Source: Mobula hypostoma
Lineage: Eukaryota
Assembly: GCF_963921235.1 (NCBI RefSeq)
Contig: NC_086108.1
Span: 87,854,001-87,918,000, forward strand
Length of the DNA stretch: 64,000 nt
Direction of reading: 5' to 3'
Shown here: piece by piece, positions 25,086 to 38,433 of the stretch
Layout of the letters: each line of letters starts with the position of its first letter
Numbering within the stretch: position 1 is the stretch's first letter
The notes under the pieces: generated by a model
Seen by the model: the letters and a program-made list of their open reading frames with translations, nothing else
Databases searched by the model: none
Told to the model about the DNA's origin: nothing
Program-made: the position numbers and the translations under genes

Positions 25086-25619
25086 TCTGAAGAGACAGGG
25101 TCCTTTTCAGTTATTTCGAAATGAACCTGCTTCTTCTGTTTTGTCATTAGTCTCTCCAAATGCAAACACAAACACAGAGGACCCAAGGTCAGGGTGGATG
25201 GACATCAGATTCCAAACATGGGCAAAAAAAAAGCGTTTCTTTTGGGCCACGGAAAAGCAAAAATAAACATATAGAGCTAAGGATTCTATTTTGTATATTT
25301 TTTACCACCGAATCACAAACAAAATTTCCAGGGAGAGTTTGTTGAAAACTCAAAGTACCAGCCAATAACAATGAAGACCAGTCAAGAGGGCCCTTCTCAC
25401 TCAAGTAATAAAAGTTATTCAACCTATAATTCTCAATTATCCTATGAAGAAATGAATCAGAGTATAAAACAGTGGAAAAGTACAGAAATCAGGCATTTTA
25501 AACGTTTACTTTAAATATGAAGCAGGAATGTAGCGGGTTGGTGTAAGAGAAGACAGAGGGGTTTACTTTATCCAGTCTGCTGACTAATAAAATTCAAACA
25601 ATGTGAAGGGAGCAAATAA

Positions 25620-25714
25620 CATACATAAAAGTTGCTGGTTAACGCAGCAGGCCAGGCAGCATCTCTAGGAAGAGGTGCAGTCGACGTTTCAGGCCGAGAC
25701 CCTTCGTCAGGACA
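25620..25714 (-). mobile_element. Penelope 3' end containing an intact minimal hammerhead (25679-25714)
   Basis: Minus strand reads GUC-CUGACGA-AGGGUCUCGGCCU-GAAAC-GUC^GAC. Confidence 0.8.
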
Positions 25715-25751
25715 AATACAAGTCCAGATTGCAACTAATTGCTACCTTCAC

Positions 25752-26415
25752 TTCAAAGTTCAAAAATAATGTATTAACAAAGTACATATGTCACCATTTA
25801 TTATCCTGAGTTTCATTCTCTTGCAGGCATTCACAGAACATAAAAAACAATAGAATGAATGGAAAACCACACGACAAAGATGGACGAGCAATCAATGTGT
25901 AAAAATAAACAGTGCAAATACAAAGAGTAATAACAATAAATAAACAAATATTGAGAACAGGAGTTGTAGATTCTATAAGAGAGAGTCTTCTCAGTGTTGG
26001 GGAGAGTGAAGTTATCCCCTCTGGTACAAGAGCTTATGGTTGAGGGGTAATAAATGTTCTTGAATCTGGTGAAGTGGTACTCGACGCTGCTGTACCTCCT
26101 TCCCGATGGCGGCAGCGAGAAGAGAGCATGACCTTAGACGATGGAGGTTCTTGCTGATGGATGACGCTTTCCTGCAACAGCACTCCTTGTAAATGTGCTC
26201 AATGGTGGGCTGGGCTTTACCTGTGACAGACTGAGCTGTACCCACTACATTTTGTAGGTTTTTCCGTTCAAGTGCATTGGCATTCTCATACCAGCTCATG
26301 AGGCAACCAGCCAGTACACTCTCTACTGCGTGTCTATAGAAGTTTGACAAAGTTTTAGATGATGTGCCGAACCTACACAAGATTCTAAGAAAGCAGAGAC
26401 ACTGCTATACTTTCC
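25752..26415 (-). mobile_element. Rex1/Babar LINE 3' end
   Basis: TLSNFYRHAVESVLAGCLMSWYEN..LQNVVGTAQSVTG; ttcaaagttcaa tail. Confidence 0.82.
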
Positions 26416-26499
26416 ACCACACTTGCCAAAACTCTTAAATTCTACTAGTATCAGAAGAAAAAAAAGTACTAGAATTTAACTTCAAAAATGAACCCCTCA

Positions 26500-26628
26500 T
26501 TCTAATCTCTTACTAGCTCTTCTCTCAGTTAGTCCTGACAAAGGGTCTCGGCCCGAAACGTTGACTGTACCTCTTCCTAGAGATGCTGCCTGGCCTGCTG
26601 CGTTCACCAGCAACTTTGATGTGTGTTC
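26500..26628 (+). mobile_element. Penelope 3' end fragment with mutated hammerhead core
   Basis: agtcctgacaaagggtctcggcccgaaacgttgact (CUGACAA instead of CUGAnGA). Confidence 0.8.
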
Positions 26629-27084
26629 CCTCAGTTAAGAAACGACCGGTAAATACGTACATTTCCCATGCATCACACAGAATTAAATTGTCAACTCATC
26701 ATTTGCATGGTTCTTGCACAGTAAATTAAAAACCAAACAGGAATTTTAAATTAAAAAGTAAAGCATTTGATTATCGGTTTTATTTTTTTTAGAACATTTT
26801 TAAGCACCTTTAATGTGGGAAGATCAAAAGGCCGAAACAGTTCATCACTCATCAGGGAAGTGGATGGAATGAAAATATTCAACTCCATAATAAATAAAAA
26901 TTAAGGCCAGTTGATTCAAAGTTACATTTTACTGGTGCTTTCTGTACTGCAGAATGAAAAGGAAATAAAATTAGTCAGTTTCATACATGTAGGCCTGGTC
27001 TATGCTCAACATTCGATATAGAATTAACTAGCTAGTACAAAAGGGATAAATGATTCCCTTTTGGTTCAGAATGCCGCAGAACAG

Positions 27085-27262
27085 TTCAGTAGTTTGCATG
27101 GCTTGTGGTTCCCCCCACCCCCTTTTGTGCATTGAGTGTTAGTCTTCTATTTTTATTGCTTTTTTTCTTAACTGGGATCTTCTGGGTTTCTTGCTTTGTG
27201 GCTACCTGTGAGCAAGTCTCAAGGTTGTATAATTCATACATTCTTTGATAATAAACGAACCT
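27085..27262 (+). repeat. Short LINE-tail repeat
   Basis: Reverse-complement similarity to 19735-19925 and 60640-60870. Confidence 0.65.
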
Positions 27263-27624
27263 TGCTGAAGCTTCTGGTGTGTACTGCATACAGAAGAAAT
27301 TTCCATTCTTGTGTTAGTTGAGAAGAATGCTGTGAAGTGGAATTCCCCACAAAATTGGTTGCAACTACAGGTAGTTTTAATTACTTATCAGCCTTCAAAG
27401 GTACTCTCAATTTATAGATAAAAACTAGGACAAAAGATGTCAATGAATTCAATCCCTCTCCATGAAACTAATTGTTGTCCACCAGGGTAATGACAAAATG
27501 ATTTTATGTCAAGAAATAGTTATTAAAAATTGATTAAAATGAATACATTTTGAAAGAAAATTCCCTGATTCAAAGCTAGGCAAAACAAGAAGATTGGACT
27601 TGCCCTTAACAGCAAACTTCCATA

Positions 27625-28200
27625 AGCCCATTAGATATAGGAGCAGAATTAGGCCATTTGGTCCATTGAGTCTACGGCACCATTTCATCATGGCTGATCC
27701 AATTTTCCTCTCAGCCCTAATTTCCTGCCTTCTCCCCATATCCCTTTGTGCCCTGACCAATCAAGAATCTATCAACCTCTGCCTTAAATATACATAAAGA
27801 TAGGACCTCCACAGCTGCCTGTGGCAAAGAATTCCACAGATTCACCACTCTCTGGCTAAAGAAATTTCTCCTCATCTCCGTTCTAAATGGACGCCCTCTA
27901 TTCTAAGGCTGGTCTTAGACTCTCCCACCACAGGAAACATTCTCTACACATCCACTCTATTAAAGCCTTTCACCAATCGATAGGTCACCCCTCATTTTTC
28001 TGAAATCTAGTGAATACATGCCTGAAGCCATCAAACGCTCTTCATATGACAAGCCTTTCAATCCTGGAATCATTTTCATGAACCTCTTTTGAACACTCTC
28101 CAGTTTCAGCACATCCTTTCCAAGATAAAGGGCCCAAAACTGCTCTCAATACCAAGTGAGGCCTCACCAGTGGTTTATAAAGCCTCAATGTGACATCCTT
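27625..28200 (-). mobile_element. CR1 3' fragment
   Basis: LRLYKPLVRPHL; antisense of EMRRNFFSQRVVNLWNSLP; CR1 3' UTR. Confidence 0.85.
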
Positions 28201-28539
28201 CCGAAGTGGTATAACTGCAGCAAGTGCCAAGCTCCAGTGGCAGCAACAGTAGCAGAAGGATGTTGGAAAGGTGTCCTCACTCAGGCGATGCAGCTGCAAT
28301 TGGTACAGAGGGGACTACCACCAAAACGGCACAGGTACAATAAATGATCTTGCAAGGAGACATGTTTACTCCAAAAAAAAATTCCAGTACTTGAAAGTGA
28401 TAGGAACTCACTTAATTTTAAGAAACTACAATCTGCAACACTGAATGAATATTCACCTCATATTAAATGAAGCCTCTATACCATTCCTGTCTACCTTCTT
28501 CAATATTCCAAATAGAGCTTAAGTTTTTATTTTATTTAT

Positions 28540-28742
28540 TTAGAGATAAAGCACAGTAACAGGCCCTTCCAGCCCAATGAGCTTGTGTTGTCCAATTACA
28601 CCCACGTGACCAATTAACCTGCTAGTCTTTCGATTATGGGATGGGGACAAGACCAAAGCACCTGAATGAAACCCAAGCGGACACAGGGAGAATGTAGAAA
28701 CTCCTGACAGACAGCGGCAGAATTGAACTGCCATAACACTAC
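28540..28742 (-). mobile_element. V-SINE/HE1-like SINE
   Basis: Antisense of ggagtttctacattctccctgtgtccgcttgggttt plus HER1-like tail gaagggcctgttactgtgct. Confidence 0.75.
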
Positions 28743-29089
28743 ACTAACTTTTTTTCAGTTATGCATTTCACAGCCTTCCTGTATAATTTCAGATCTTCTC
28801 CTGTCTTCCACTGTGCAGCTGTGATGATGTTACATATACCCTTACAGCTTTACCCTTACAGCCCTGCACTCCCACCTCCCCATTTGTTCATTCCCTCTAC
28901 CCTTTCTCATACTCATTAATTACTGGAAATCTATCACACCAGTAGCATTTACAGTCCAACCATAGTAGCCTGAACAGAGTGACACTGGCCATTTCACAGG
29001 ATATTTAAGAGTCAACCGCAGTGAGTCCAGAGACATAAACAAACCAAACCAGGTTTAGGCGGCAGATTTCCAGCCTTGAAGGATTCCTT

Positions 29090-29495
29090 CAAGGACCCCT
29101 ACCATTTAGGCCATGCTACCTTCTGCCATCAGGAAGGAGGTACAGGAGCCTTGGGTCCCACACCACCAGGTTCAGGAACAGTTATTACCCTTCAACCATC
29201 AGGCTCCTGAACCAGCGTGGATAACTTCACTCACCTCAACTCTGAAAATGAGTCTTAGATTGTGGAATCAGTTCAAAGACTCCACAAATCATGTTCTTGG
29301 TGTTTTTTGGTGTACTTTTTTGTATTTGCTCAGTTTATCTTATTCCGCACATTGATTGTTAGCTTGTGTGTAGCTTTTCATTGATGCTACAATTTTTTTT
29401 TCTGTTCTACTATGAATGCCTGCAAGAAAATGAAACTCAAAAAGTAATGTATGGTGATATACATGTACTTTGATAATACACTTTGAATTTTGAAA
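29090..29495 (+). mobile_element. Rex1/Babar 3' end
   Basis: ctgccatcaggaaggaggtacaggagcc..accaggttcaggaacagttattaccc; tttgaa tail. Confidence 0.8.
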
Positions 29496-31644
29496 ACTTG
29501 TTGCAAAACCAAATTTTCATCAGCAATGCCTGAGTTATTAAGCAAATTTAAATTCCAAAGCTCCGTGCTGGTGATTTAGTCAATCCACAACCATCACATC
29601 CTGCTCTCATCTGCTTGGGAGATATTTTCCACAAATTAGCAAGCAAATACACATGTCAGTGTAAAACAGCATGGACCAGCCCTTCAGCCCAACTCATCCA
29701 TGCTAACCATGGTCCCACCAAGCTAGTCCCACTTGCCCACTTCCTTCTAAACTCCTATCTATCCATGTACTTATCCAAATGACTTTAAAGTCTGCAAGCG
29801 AACCTTACAGTCACAACATTTTTAAGCCTAGTTATTGGAAGGACTCAAGTAACTTTTGCTTCCTTTCTGTCCAAAGTTTAAAGTTCTTCAGCCACAAAGA
29901 GATGGTTTTAAGAAAACCTTAGCACCTCATGCACATGCCTTTGGATGCAAGGCAGCTCGACTCCTCCCAAACAGTTAATGTTGGCTTTTCTGAACTACAA
30001 GAGAAACGTACCGCATTTCATGCTGGAACAAATGGAATCCAGAAGACACTCAAAGCATTCCTGATATCTTTTTCCAATCTCATGTCATACATAACCACAA
30101 AGATTCTTCCAACTATACTGATCTAACCAATGGAGAGTCTAATTCCCTTAGCCGACTGCATTCCCCTTATCCCAATTTATCCGGGGCGGGGGGGGGATGA
30201 AAATTGTCCATTGTTCCCTGCTGTTGCTGTGCTACACCTGCTCCAAGATAAACCAGCCAGTGTTAGACCATGCTGAGATCATGTGCAACTGAACAGGCCT
30301 CATAACATACCACTGACGTAACATAAGATCAATAGAACAATCGCTACTCCCTCCTTTGGGGAGCATCCAGTGCACGTTGGATCCACTTATCTTTCAAACC
30401 TTACTGGGATCAGGAAGCCATGTGACATTTCAAAGCACGATACAAAAGAACTGGTAGTGACAACAGAGCACAAACATTTCCAGCAGCGATTCCCAGGGAG
30501 GCATTTGTGGTTAAAACATTTTCACCAGGAAGCAGCCTACCACAGGTAGCTCATTACAGAAATAGTTTGAAGGTGAAGTAAAGCAACTACAAACTGTTTA
30601 TTCGGAACAAATCAAACCATGTACCTTCACTTTCCACCACCCCGAGCGAGAATGGGAAATAGTGGTCACACCTGTCTGAAGTGGCAGATCAAACAGGTAC
30701 ATCAAGTACAATTGTGGAGAAACCATTACCCTAGTACTAGTTTTTCCAAGAGAGAAACCCCACAAATTGTTCCAGCAGATCCTGAACACAGCAGTTATAA
30801 GACCTTTTCTTACATCAATATCCCTTGAAGCCTGAAGAGTCAAATTGCAGGCAGTTTTTCTATGCATGCCTACTTTAAGTCAACAAGGAGTCAGACAATG
30901 ATTTAAAGTAGGCCACACGGTAGAATTACAAAGGCAGCCCAGCCCTCTCGCAGCCATATCTGTCAAACGTAACCACGCACACCTGCTTGGTCGCCAATCA
31001 AACCATAAACAGCCTGTGACATAGAACCGAGTTTACGTGGAACAGTTCTGACAACACACCGGTTATAGAAACACATCGTACGAGATGAACACAAACCTCT
31101 CCAGCATCATCTAGCAACTTGGGCCCAGGTTAGGCTGTCAACCTGTCACTCTGTCACTAGAGGCCAGTCTGACACACCTCAACGTGCAAGGTATGTCCAA
31201 AATGTAGATAAACAGGTTTGGTGTGATCAGTCACACCTTACACTCACTCTACCAGAATGAACCCGAGCACAGGCAGGTGTACTCTCCCAACTACAACTAC
31301 CTAACCTAGGTATTCTTTAAGCAACCCGCTTTCTGTTTGCATACATGGGTAGAGTTAAGTAGAGCACAATATTTCCCTAAATAGACTGTTACATCACCTT
31401 ACTATACAAAGTTCCATGTGTAGCCACTCATTGAACTACCAATGGATGAAAGGGAGGATGGTGATTGTACATTCAACAAGGTAGGCTCGATCCCCCATGG
31501 CCAGAGGTTGCAACCAGGCTGACACCAAAGAGAAGTAGGTGAACTGCTGGAAGGTTGCTGACTTTCAAAAAGATCTTTCTGCCCTGTCAGCTGGGATGAG
31601 TAGACTCCAGAAAAACACTTCACAAGAGCAAGACTTTTCCCCCT

Positions 31645-31965
31645 TCCCCGAGGGAGAGTCTAGGAGAGTGCAGAGCCTCAGAATACAAGGACATCCCTGT
31701 AGAACAGAGATGAGGAGGAATTTCTATAGCCTGAGGGTGGTGGATCTATGGAATTCATTGTCTCAAGTGGCTGTGGAGGCCAAGTCTTTGGGTATATTTA
31801 AAGCCAAGGTTGCTGGGCTTCAGATTAGTAAGGGTGACAAAGGTTACAATGAGAAGACAGGAGAATAGGGTTGAGAGGGATAATAATTCAGCCATGATCG
31901 AATGAAAGAGCAGAATCAATGGGCCAAACGGCCTAATTCTTCTCCCATATCTTATGGTCTTCTCC
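31645..31965 (+). mobile_element. CR1 3' end
   Basis: SLRIQGHPCRTEMRRNFYSLRVVDLWNSL. Confidence 0.85.
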
Positions 31966-32602
31966 ACACATCATAATCAACAATCAGCTTCAACTGAAGC
32001 ACATTAACTGCTGATCATTACACTGCTGCTTGGCCAGCTTGCTACAACATTTGCTAGTCAAAGTACCCAATTGCCTGGGGAAAAAAATGTGGAACTTCCC
32101 GAAGTCAAAAAGTGTTCGATAAGGTCAAGACAGCTATCAACCATCTCTATAAAGGGAACAAAAGAATCTGATATATAACCGAAGTTGAAGATAACAGTAT
32201 CCACATAATGAAATAGTCCACTAGGCTTCTCACCGAAGCCACAAGTTTATGACTCCGAACAACTTTGCCGTTAAAATCTCAGCTAACCGAGCCTTCACCA
32301 CAAATATGGCCAAACATAATCTTTTGAAAATGGGGAAGCAAACAATCCCGACTCTGGAATGTTACAATGGACTGCAGGATCATTGTAGCGATAATCACCT
32401 ACTTGGGAAAACTTAAACTGCTCCCTCCACCGCGTCGCTGCTCCATTGCAGGCTGTTCTTGTTTTTTTATCCTTTCTCCTGAGCAACAGACTTTCTTGCC
32501 TGTACACTGAAGCCGGCAGAGTTTCCCTATTCCCCACACACCTCCCCACCACAGCTTCGCCGTCAATTAGTTCCTGAAAGTCAGAGGGAGGAGAGTGCTC
32601 AC

Positions 32603-32675
32603 CTGATTTCAGAAGTCCTCTGGTGCTTTGATGCACTAACTGACCCTGTGGTGCCCGTAGCCACCTGCCAAGAAG
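32603..32675 (-). other. Candidate 73-nt exon (probably 5' UTR)
   Basis: Long polypyrimidine tract ttttttttttccctttttatcccctccccctcc..ttgcag| and donor CAG|GTGAGC. Confidence 0.45.
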
Positions 32676-32739
32676 CTGCAAGTGTTGGAGGGGGAGGGGA
32701 TAAAAAGGGAAAAAAAAAATTAGAGAGCCTGGTACAGCA

Positions 32740-32960
32740 CAGTGCCAAGGCCCCACCCCTGTATGAATCATCCATTCAGTGGCAAATTTCTTAAACAAAC
32801 AGCCCCAGCTCACAGTGGAGGTCCCGCCCCACATTGCTCTGGACAAATCCACTTTTCGCATAAACAAACAATTCATCCTTTTGAACTCCCTCCCCTCCCA
32901 GTCAACGAATTGCAGTTAACCCCCGCCACGCCAACAGGGCCAGGCCACCCCTACTCGCTC
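32740..32960. promoter_or_regulatory. Possible promoter-proximal/regulatory region
   Basis: Repeat-free stretch with CCCCACCC and two CCCGCC(C) GC-box-like motifs upstream (minus strand) of the 32603-32675 exon candidate. Confidence 0.25.
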
Positions 32961-33425
32961 AAGTCAGATAGGTTAAACTTGTGAATCGTCTCTGCGGAGA
33001 CCTCTCACTCATCTGATCAGCACGCAGGCAGTCATCAGCCTCTGACACAGCTGGCTAACTGCCCTTTTCACATTACCGCCCTGTTGCATGCAACAGCAGC
33101 ACTATAAATAGATGCAACTCCATTGCTGGCAGAGGTAACCCTGAACTACTTCCAGCTGTTCCCATCCCCCCACCCCAACATTCCTCTGCTGAATCTGGAA
33201 GTTGCATCCAAACAAGCATACAAAATACACATCTCGGCTTCCTGCTTGATCCCGTCCTTCCCCAGAGAAGGAGGCCCAGAATGAAGCCAGGGTTCATTAC
33301 CTTCAACTATGCCAAAACCTTTGGAAGCATAGTAGTCTGACTAGGACCAATTCCAGAGCAATGAAACTGGTATAATATTGCATCTAAAGTTCTTTCTGAT
33401 TGAGAAAGAGAAATTACATTAAAGC

Positions 33426-33628
33426 CTAATCACAAACACAAGAAAATCTGCAGATGCTGGAAATCCAAGCAACACACACAAAATGCTGGAGGAACGCAGC
33501 ATCTAGAGAAAAGAGTATAGTCAACGTTTCATGCCGATACAAGGGTCTTGACCCGAAACGTTGACTATACTCTTCCATAGATGTTGCCTGGCCTGCTGAG
33601 TTCCTCGAACATTTTGTGTGTCTGTTGC
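33426..33628. mobile_element. Palindromic Penelope-derived short element
   Basis: Inverted arms (agagtatagtcaacgtttc / gaaacgttgactatactct); 12-bp TSD ttacattaaagc (33414-33425, 33629-33640). Confidence 0.85.
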
Positions 33629-33761
33629 TTACATTAAAGCTGTCTATTTTACTACATTAGTTTCAAAACAACTTCTCGATTAAATATTTATATAAGTACC
33701 TGGATTAACAATTGAAGGATTCTAACCTACAAGACCATGGACTGAACAACAGGTAGTAGCA

Positions 33762-34365
33762 GCACTTGTGCTCCATCCACAAAAGGCAGGATTTCCCAAT
33801 TGCCAACCATTTTAATTCCAATCCCGATTACCATTCCGACATGTTGTTCCATAACCTCCTCTACGGCCATGATGAGGCCACTCTCAGGTTAGTGGAGCAA
33901 CACCTCAAATTCTATGAGTAGCCTCCATCCTGATGGTATGAATATCAATTTCTCCAGCTACTGGTAATTATTCCCTCTCCCCCCTTCAATTCCCCACTCA
34001 AGCCGCCTTCTTCTCTTCATCTATCACTTCCTCTTAGTGCCTTTCCTCCCCCACCAATGGTCCACTCCCGTCTCTATCAGATTCTTTCTTCTCCAGCCCT
34101 TTACCTTTTCCAATCACCTCCTAACTTCTTCCTTCACCCCACATCCTCCCTCACCCACCTAGCTTCACCATCACCTTCCAGCTTGACCTGCTTCCCCTCC
34201 CTCCACCTTGTTTTTTTTTCTGGCGCCTTCCCCTTTCCTTCCAAGTCCTGATGAAGGGTCTTGGCTGAAACATTGACTGTTCATCTTCCATAGATGCTAC
34301 CTGACCTGTGGAGTTCCTCCAGCATTTCGTATGTGTTGCTCTGGATTTGCAGAATCTCTTGTTTA
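33762..34365 (+). mobile_element. Penelope-like element 3' part (GIY-YIG C-terminus + pLTR)
   Basis: PIANHFNS..HSDM..DEATLRLVEQHL..PDGMNINF, then pyrimidine-rich tract and cctgatgaagggtcttggctgaaac. Confidence 0.82.
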
Positions 34366-34819
34366 GCAGTAAACTAAGTAGTTTTTTTATACTAATGGAG
34401 GATCAAGTGGATTCTTTCGATCTCAGCCTTTTAAATAATTCTTTCAAAGGATCAGCTCACCAGAGTTAATTCACAAAGATTTCAAAGTCAAGCTTTCCAA
34501 GCAGAAGTTTCAAATGAACTTAAATCATTCAACCTTCTGATGATAGGACCCTTAACTTTGGATTCAATGCTCATTCTCACCTTCAGTTCATAACCAAGGT
34601 AGCTGTCCTAATCTTTCTCTTTTCTGCATGTATTACCTGTGTCCACATGCCTACATCTTTTTTAAACTCACACTCCAGACAGCAACCTCGCCTTGGTCAC
34701 CCTCTTCCGTCATCTCTAACTGTTTATCTCCCCCATGTGTTCTCACCCTAGTTCCTCATTGTCCCTCTTGATAAATGTCCTATAATGGTCCTAAATAAAC
34801 AAGATTCACTCTTACACCC

Positions 34820-35280
34820 ACATGTTGAGTTTATGAATTCTCACTATGAATCCATGGCATTCTCCCAGATCTTCCAGTTTCCCCTCACATCCCAAAGATA
34901 TACAGATTAGTATGTTTATTGATAAGCCGGCTGGTGGCGTAGTGGCATCAGCACTGGATTTCAGAGCGCTGGCTCCAGAGTTCGAATCCAGCCGGCTCCC
35001 TTGCACACTTTCCATCCGTGCTGGGTTGAGCGTTGAGCTAGCAACTTGGCTTCGTAAAAATAAGAAAGCCTGCTAAAAAAAATGCCGTCATGACTCCACT
35101 TGGAGTTAAGGGCTTTCTTCTTCATGTTTATTGGTTATTGCAAATTACGTCAATATTGTTTGGTGACAAGAGAGAATGGGTACTGAGAGAGAATAGTTAC
35201 AGAGAAATGGGGGAGTGAGTGGAGTTAGGATTGATAGAATTGCTCCGAGGGCCAGTTTAGATTCAATGGTTATGAGTACA
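34820..35280 (+). mobile_element. Old V-SINE, host of a nested SINE
   Basis: gagtttatgaattctcac..cagtttcccctcacatcccaaaga, resuming after 35133. Confidence 0.55.
34922..35123 (+). mobile_element. tRNA-derived SINE
   Basis: Box A tggcgtagtgg, box B gagttcgaatcc, (CTT)n tail, 10-bp TSD atgtttattg (34912-34921, 35124-35133). Confidence 0.85.
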
Positions 35281-36087
35281 AGTCAGAAGACAACTTAAAA
35301 TAATATTTCATCACATCCAAGGTATCCAGCAACTGGTGATGACAGAAGATGCAGGTTTAAGGACAAATGATGTACAGCTGGCTTAGTTATTCAGCCACCG
35401 GTGAATGTGGCAGGACAGTTAAGCCTGCCGACCTCTAGTCACGGGATGTTCCTGAAATGAGAAACTTCTCTTCACCTTCCCCCCGCCCCCCACCCAGCTG
35501 ATCATCTTCTTAACCACTGTGTTCTGATAATGCCCCAGATCCACCATTTCCATAAGGCAAAGACCATCTAGTTAGCAGCCAAAATGTTCCCTTTTCACCT
35601 CGTGATAATCTCCTCTCCCCTGTTGTTGAGCACACTTTTGTTAACAGTACTCTCATTCCATCCATTAGTTACCAGTCAACCTCTGCAATGCTCCTCTTCC
35701 CAGCCTTTTACCTCTCCAGTTTCAGGCCCAACCATTATTTGCATGGCCCTGCATATATTGCTCTAACCTCCTCTAGCCAGCCATACAAATGAAGAGCGAG
35801 ATCAGACGAGCAGTCCCATCACCCATCGCACACACAGCTATTATACAAAACAATGACTACTGATCCAAACAAACAAGTTTGACCGATACGAAAAACGTTT
35901 CAACAATAGGTCATTTATCAAGAGCTTGCTCCAAGACAGGAGAGAACCATGAATGATCAATTAACAGATGGCCTTTTGCACAACCTATTTTATCTCTGGA
36001 GCTTGAAGAGGACAGATACAACAGGGTAGTTCTGGTGGACACAACAGCCATAGAATTGTTACTAGCAATAGGAGCAGATTGTTACTA

Positions 36088-36550
36088 GCATTGTCACAGG
36101 AAAGCAGCATCCATCATCAGGGATTCCCACCGTCCAGATCATGCCGTCTTCTCACTGCTGCCATCAGGAAAGTGGTACAGGAGCCTTTGAACACACACCA
36201 CCACCAGGTTGAGGAACAGTTATTACCCCACAATCATCAAGCTCTTGAACCAAAGGAGATAACTACACTCAACTTCACGTGCCCCATCATTGAAATGTTT
36301 CCACAACCTATGGACTCACTTTCAAGGACTGTTCATTTCATTTTTTTGATATTTATTGCTTATTTATTATTTCTTTCTTTTTGTATTTGCAGTTTGCTGT
36401 CTTTTGCATGCTGGTTGAATGCCCAAGTTGGTGTAGCCTTTCATTGATTCTACTATGGATTTATTGTGTATGCCTGCAAGAAAATTAATCTCAGGGTTCT
36501 ATAAGGTGACGTAAGTGTACTTTGTTAATACATTTACTTTGAACTTTGAA
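36088..36550 (+). mobile_element. Rex1/Babar 3' end
   Basis: gaaagcagcatccatcatcaggga..ctgccatcagga; ctttgaactttgaa tail. Confidence 0.8.
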
Positions 36551-37419
36551 TATCACTGCAAGGCTTTAAACAAGTGTAATATTTATACCCTTGAGATAAA
36601 CATCTCCACTAAGTATTTGGAAAGCTTCTAATTGTAATATTGATTATGATAATATCTCAGATGACAATCACACATGAGTAACAACAGGTGTAATTCAAGT
36701 ATTTTACAACTGAAATAGCTCTGTGCTGGAGCTCCTGTGTACTCTGAAGGTCATTCCATGACCGATAAATTCCTAATCTCAATACCAATCTTTACAAGCC
36801 ATAAATCCCCAAGTGACATTGTGCTCTCTTTCTCCCTGTCGTTTATGCTATTGGCTGGCTTTGAGTGAGGGGTATGGGGAGTGGGATGACACTCAAAGAG
36901 TAGAACCTTAATAGTTTCAGAACGTTCCCTTCTATGAAGTGATCTGGAATCCAAATACTGGATTATATTAAATCTGTAAATGGCATGGGCCCCCCCTTGC
37001 ACATGCGCTAGTCACTTCTGAGTCACTGATCGGAACTGCAAGACTCTTGTACAGTACAGGCAAAAAAAAACAGCCTGAAGCCAATTACTCATACATAAAA
37101 CACATTTCTACAACTGTAGCAGTATGGGGAGGAAGAAAGTCAACTTAAAAAAAACACTAACCTTTAAAGCAAGTAGCCTACAAGCCAAGATGATTGCAAA
37201 TATCAATTTATCAATAAGAACATTTTAAAATACACCACACCTATGGCGACTTTCCATGTGAACAGTAAGCTTGGTCATTATAACAAGTTTTATTTAGCAA
37301 TACTCCACCAACAAGTGGAACTTGTTCCACCCGTGTTGCCAAAGAGATAAAAGGCAAGGAAATTGAAAGAAGCTTCCCAACAAGATTCCATGCAAAAGAT
37401 AGTGTTTTAGCAGTCAAAC

Positions 37420-37662
37420 TACTACAGCGCAGTAACAGGCCCTTCTGCCCATCTAGTCCATGCCATCCTGGTTTCTGCTGTTCCCATTTACCTGCACCTG
37501 GACCATAGCCTTTTACACCTCTCACATCCAAGTACGTATCCAAACTTCTCTTAACCATCACAACTGAACCCATATCTACCACTTCCACTGGCAGTTTGTT
37601 CCACACTCACACTACTTGAGTGAAGTAGGTTCCCCTCAAAAGGTTCACCTTTCACCCTAATC
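37420..37662 (-). mobile_element. CR1 3' end
   Basis: WNKLPVEVVD...KRSLDTYLD..VKGYG. Confidence 0.8.
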
Positions 37663-37664
37663 AT

Positions 37665-37930
37665 AGAGGCATGTGACACAGAAAAGCCCCTTCAGCCCAC
37701 TGAGCTGACAGTTAGCATCTTTATTCTCCCCTCATATTCTACCACTCACCCACACACTAAGGAGAACCTAATGATAATAATAACCTACCAACCCACGTCT
37801 TTAGCATGCAGGATGAAACCACCGTACTGGAAGAACAAACAGTTTGAGGTGAATGAACAAACTCCACACAGCCAGCATGGAGTTTAGGACTGAACTCAAG
37901 TCACTGTAGCCAACGTAACTGTATGCAGGC
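37665..37930 (-). mobile_element. Decayed V-SINE
   Basis: Antisense of gctgtgtggagtttgttcattc..ggtttcatcctgcatgctaaagacg. Confidence 0.6.
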
Positions 37931-38433
37931 TGACATCAGAATGTCAGTCAAATAAGAACAGTGCTTTTGACTGCAGCTTCCTAATGAAAGCTATTTATTA
38001 ATTGGCTACAAAAGCAGGAGCTTTGCAGAAGAACCCCAGAATCATCACAAGCAGACATATTGACCATTAGTGTGCAGAATGTACCTTGTGAAAATTTAAT
38101 TAAGATATTCATCACACAAGAAGCGAGTGTTATACACTCTGGAGCGAAATACCATTCCTTCCATTGAAATCTCAATCTCAGAACATTTACACACCAATTC
38201 ATGGACTTGAACAGATAGCCATACTTTTACAATGCTAAGTTTTCTTTCAGACAGAAAAAAAAGCAGAACGTTACAGCACAGTACAGGCCCTTTAGTTCAC
38301 ACTGTTGTGCTGACCTTTTAACCTACTCCAAGATCAGTATAGCCCTTCCCTCCTAAATAGCCGCTCTCCATTTTGTTTTATCCTGCATGTGCCTAAGAGT
38401 TTCTTAAATGTTTCTAATGTATTTGGCCTAATA

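Noticed and set aside
32295-32876. 193-aa ORF as a single-exon gene
   Set aside because: No recognisable domain; it reads through a polypyrimidine tract and splice-like signals.
34926-34995. tRNA gene (also the heads at ~39900-39975 and ~44510-44575)
   Set aside because: Box A/B are present but embedded in TSD-flanked SINEs with long bodies and tails.
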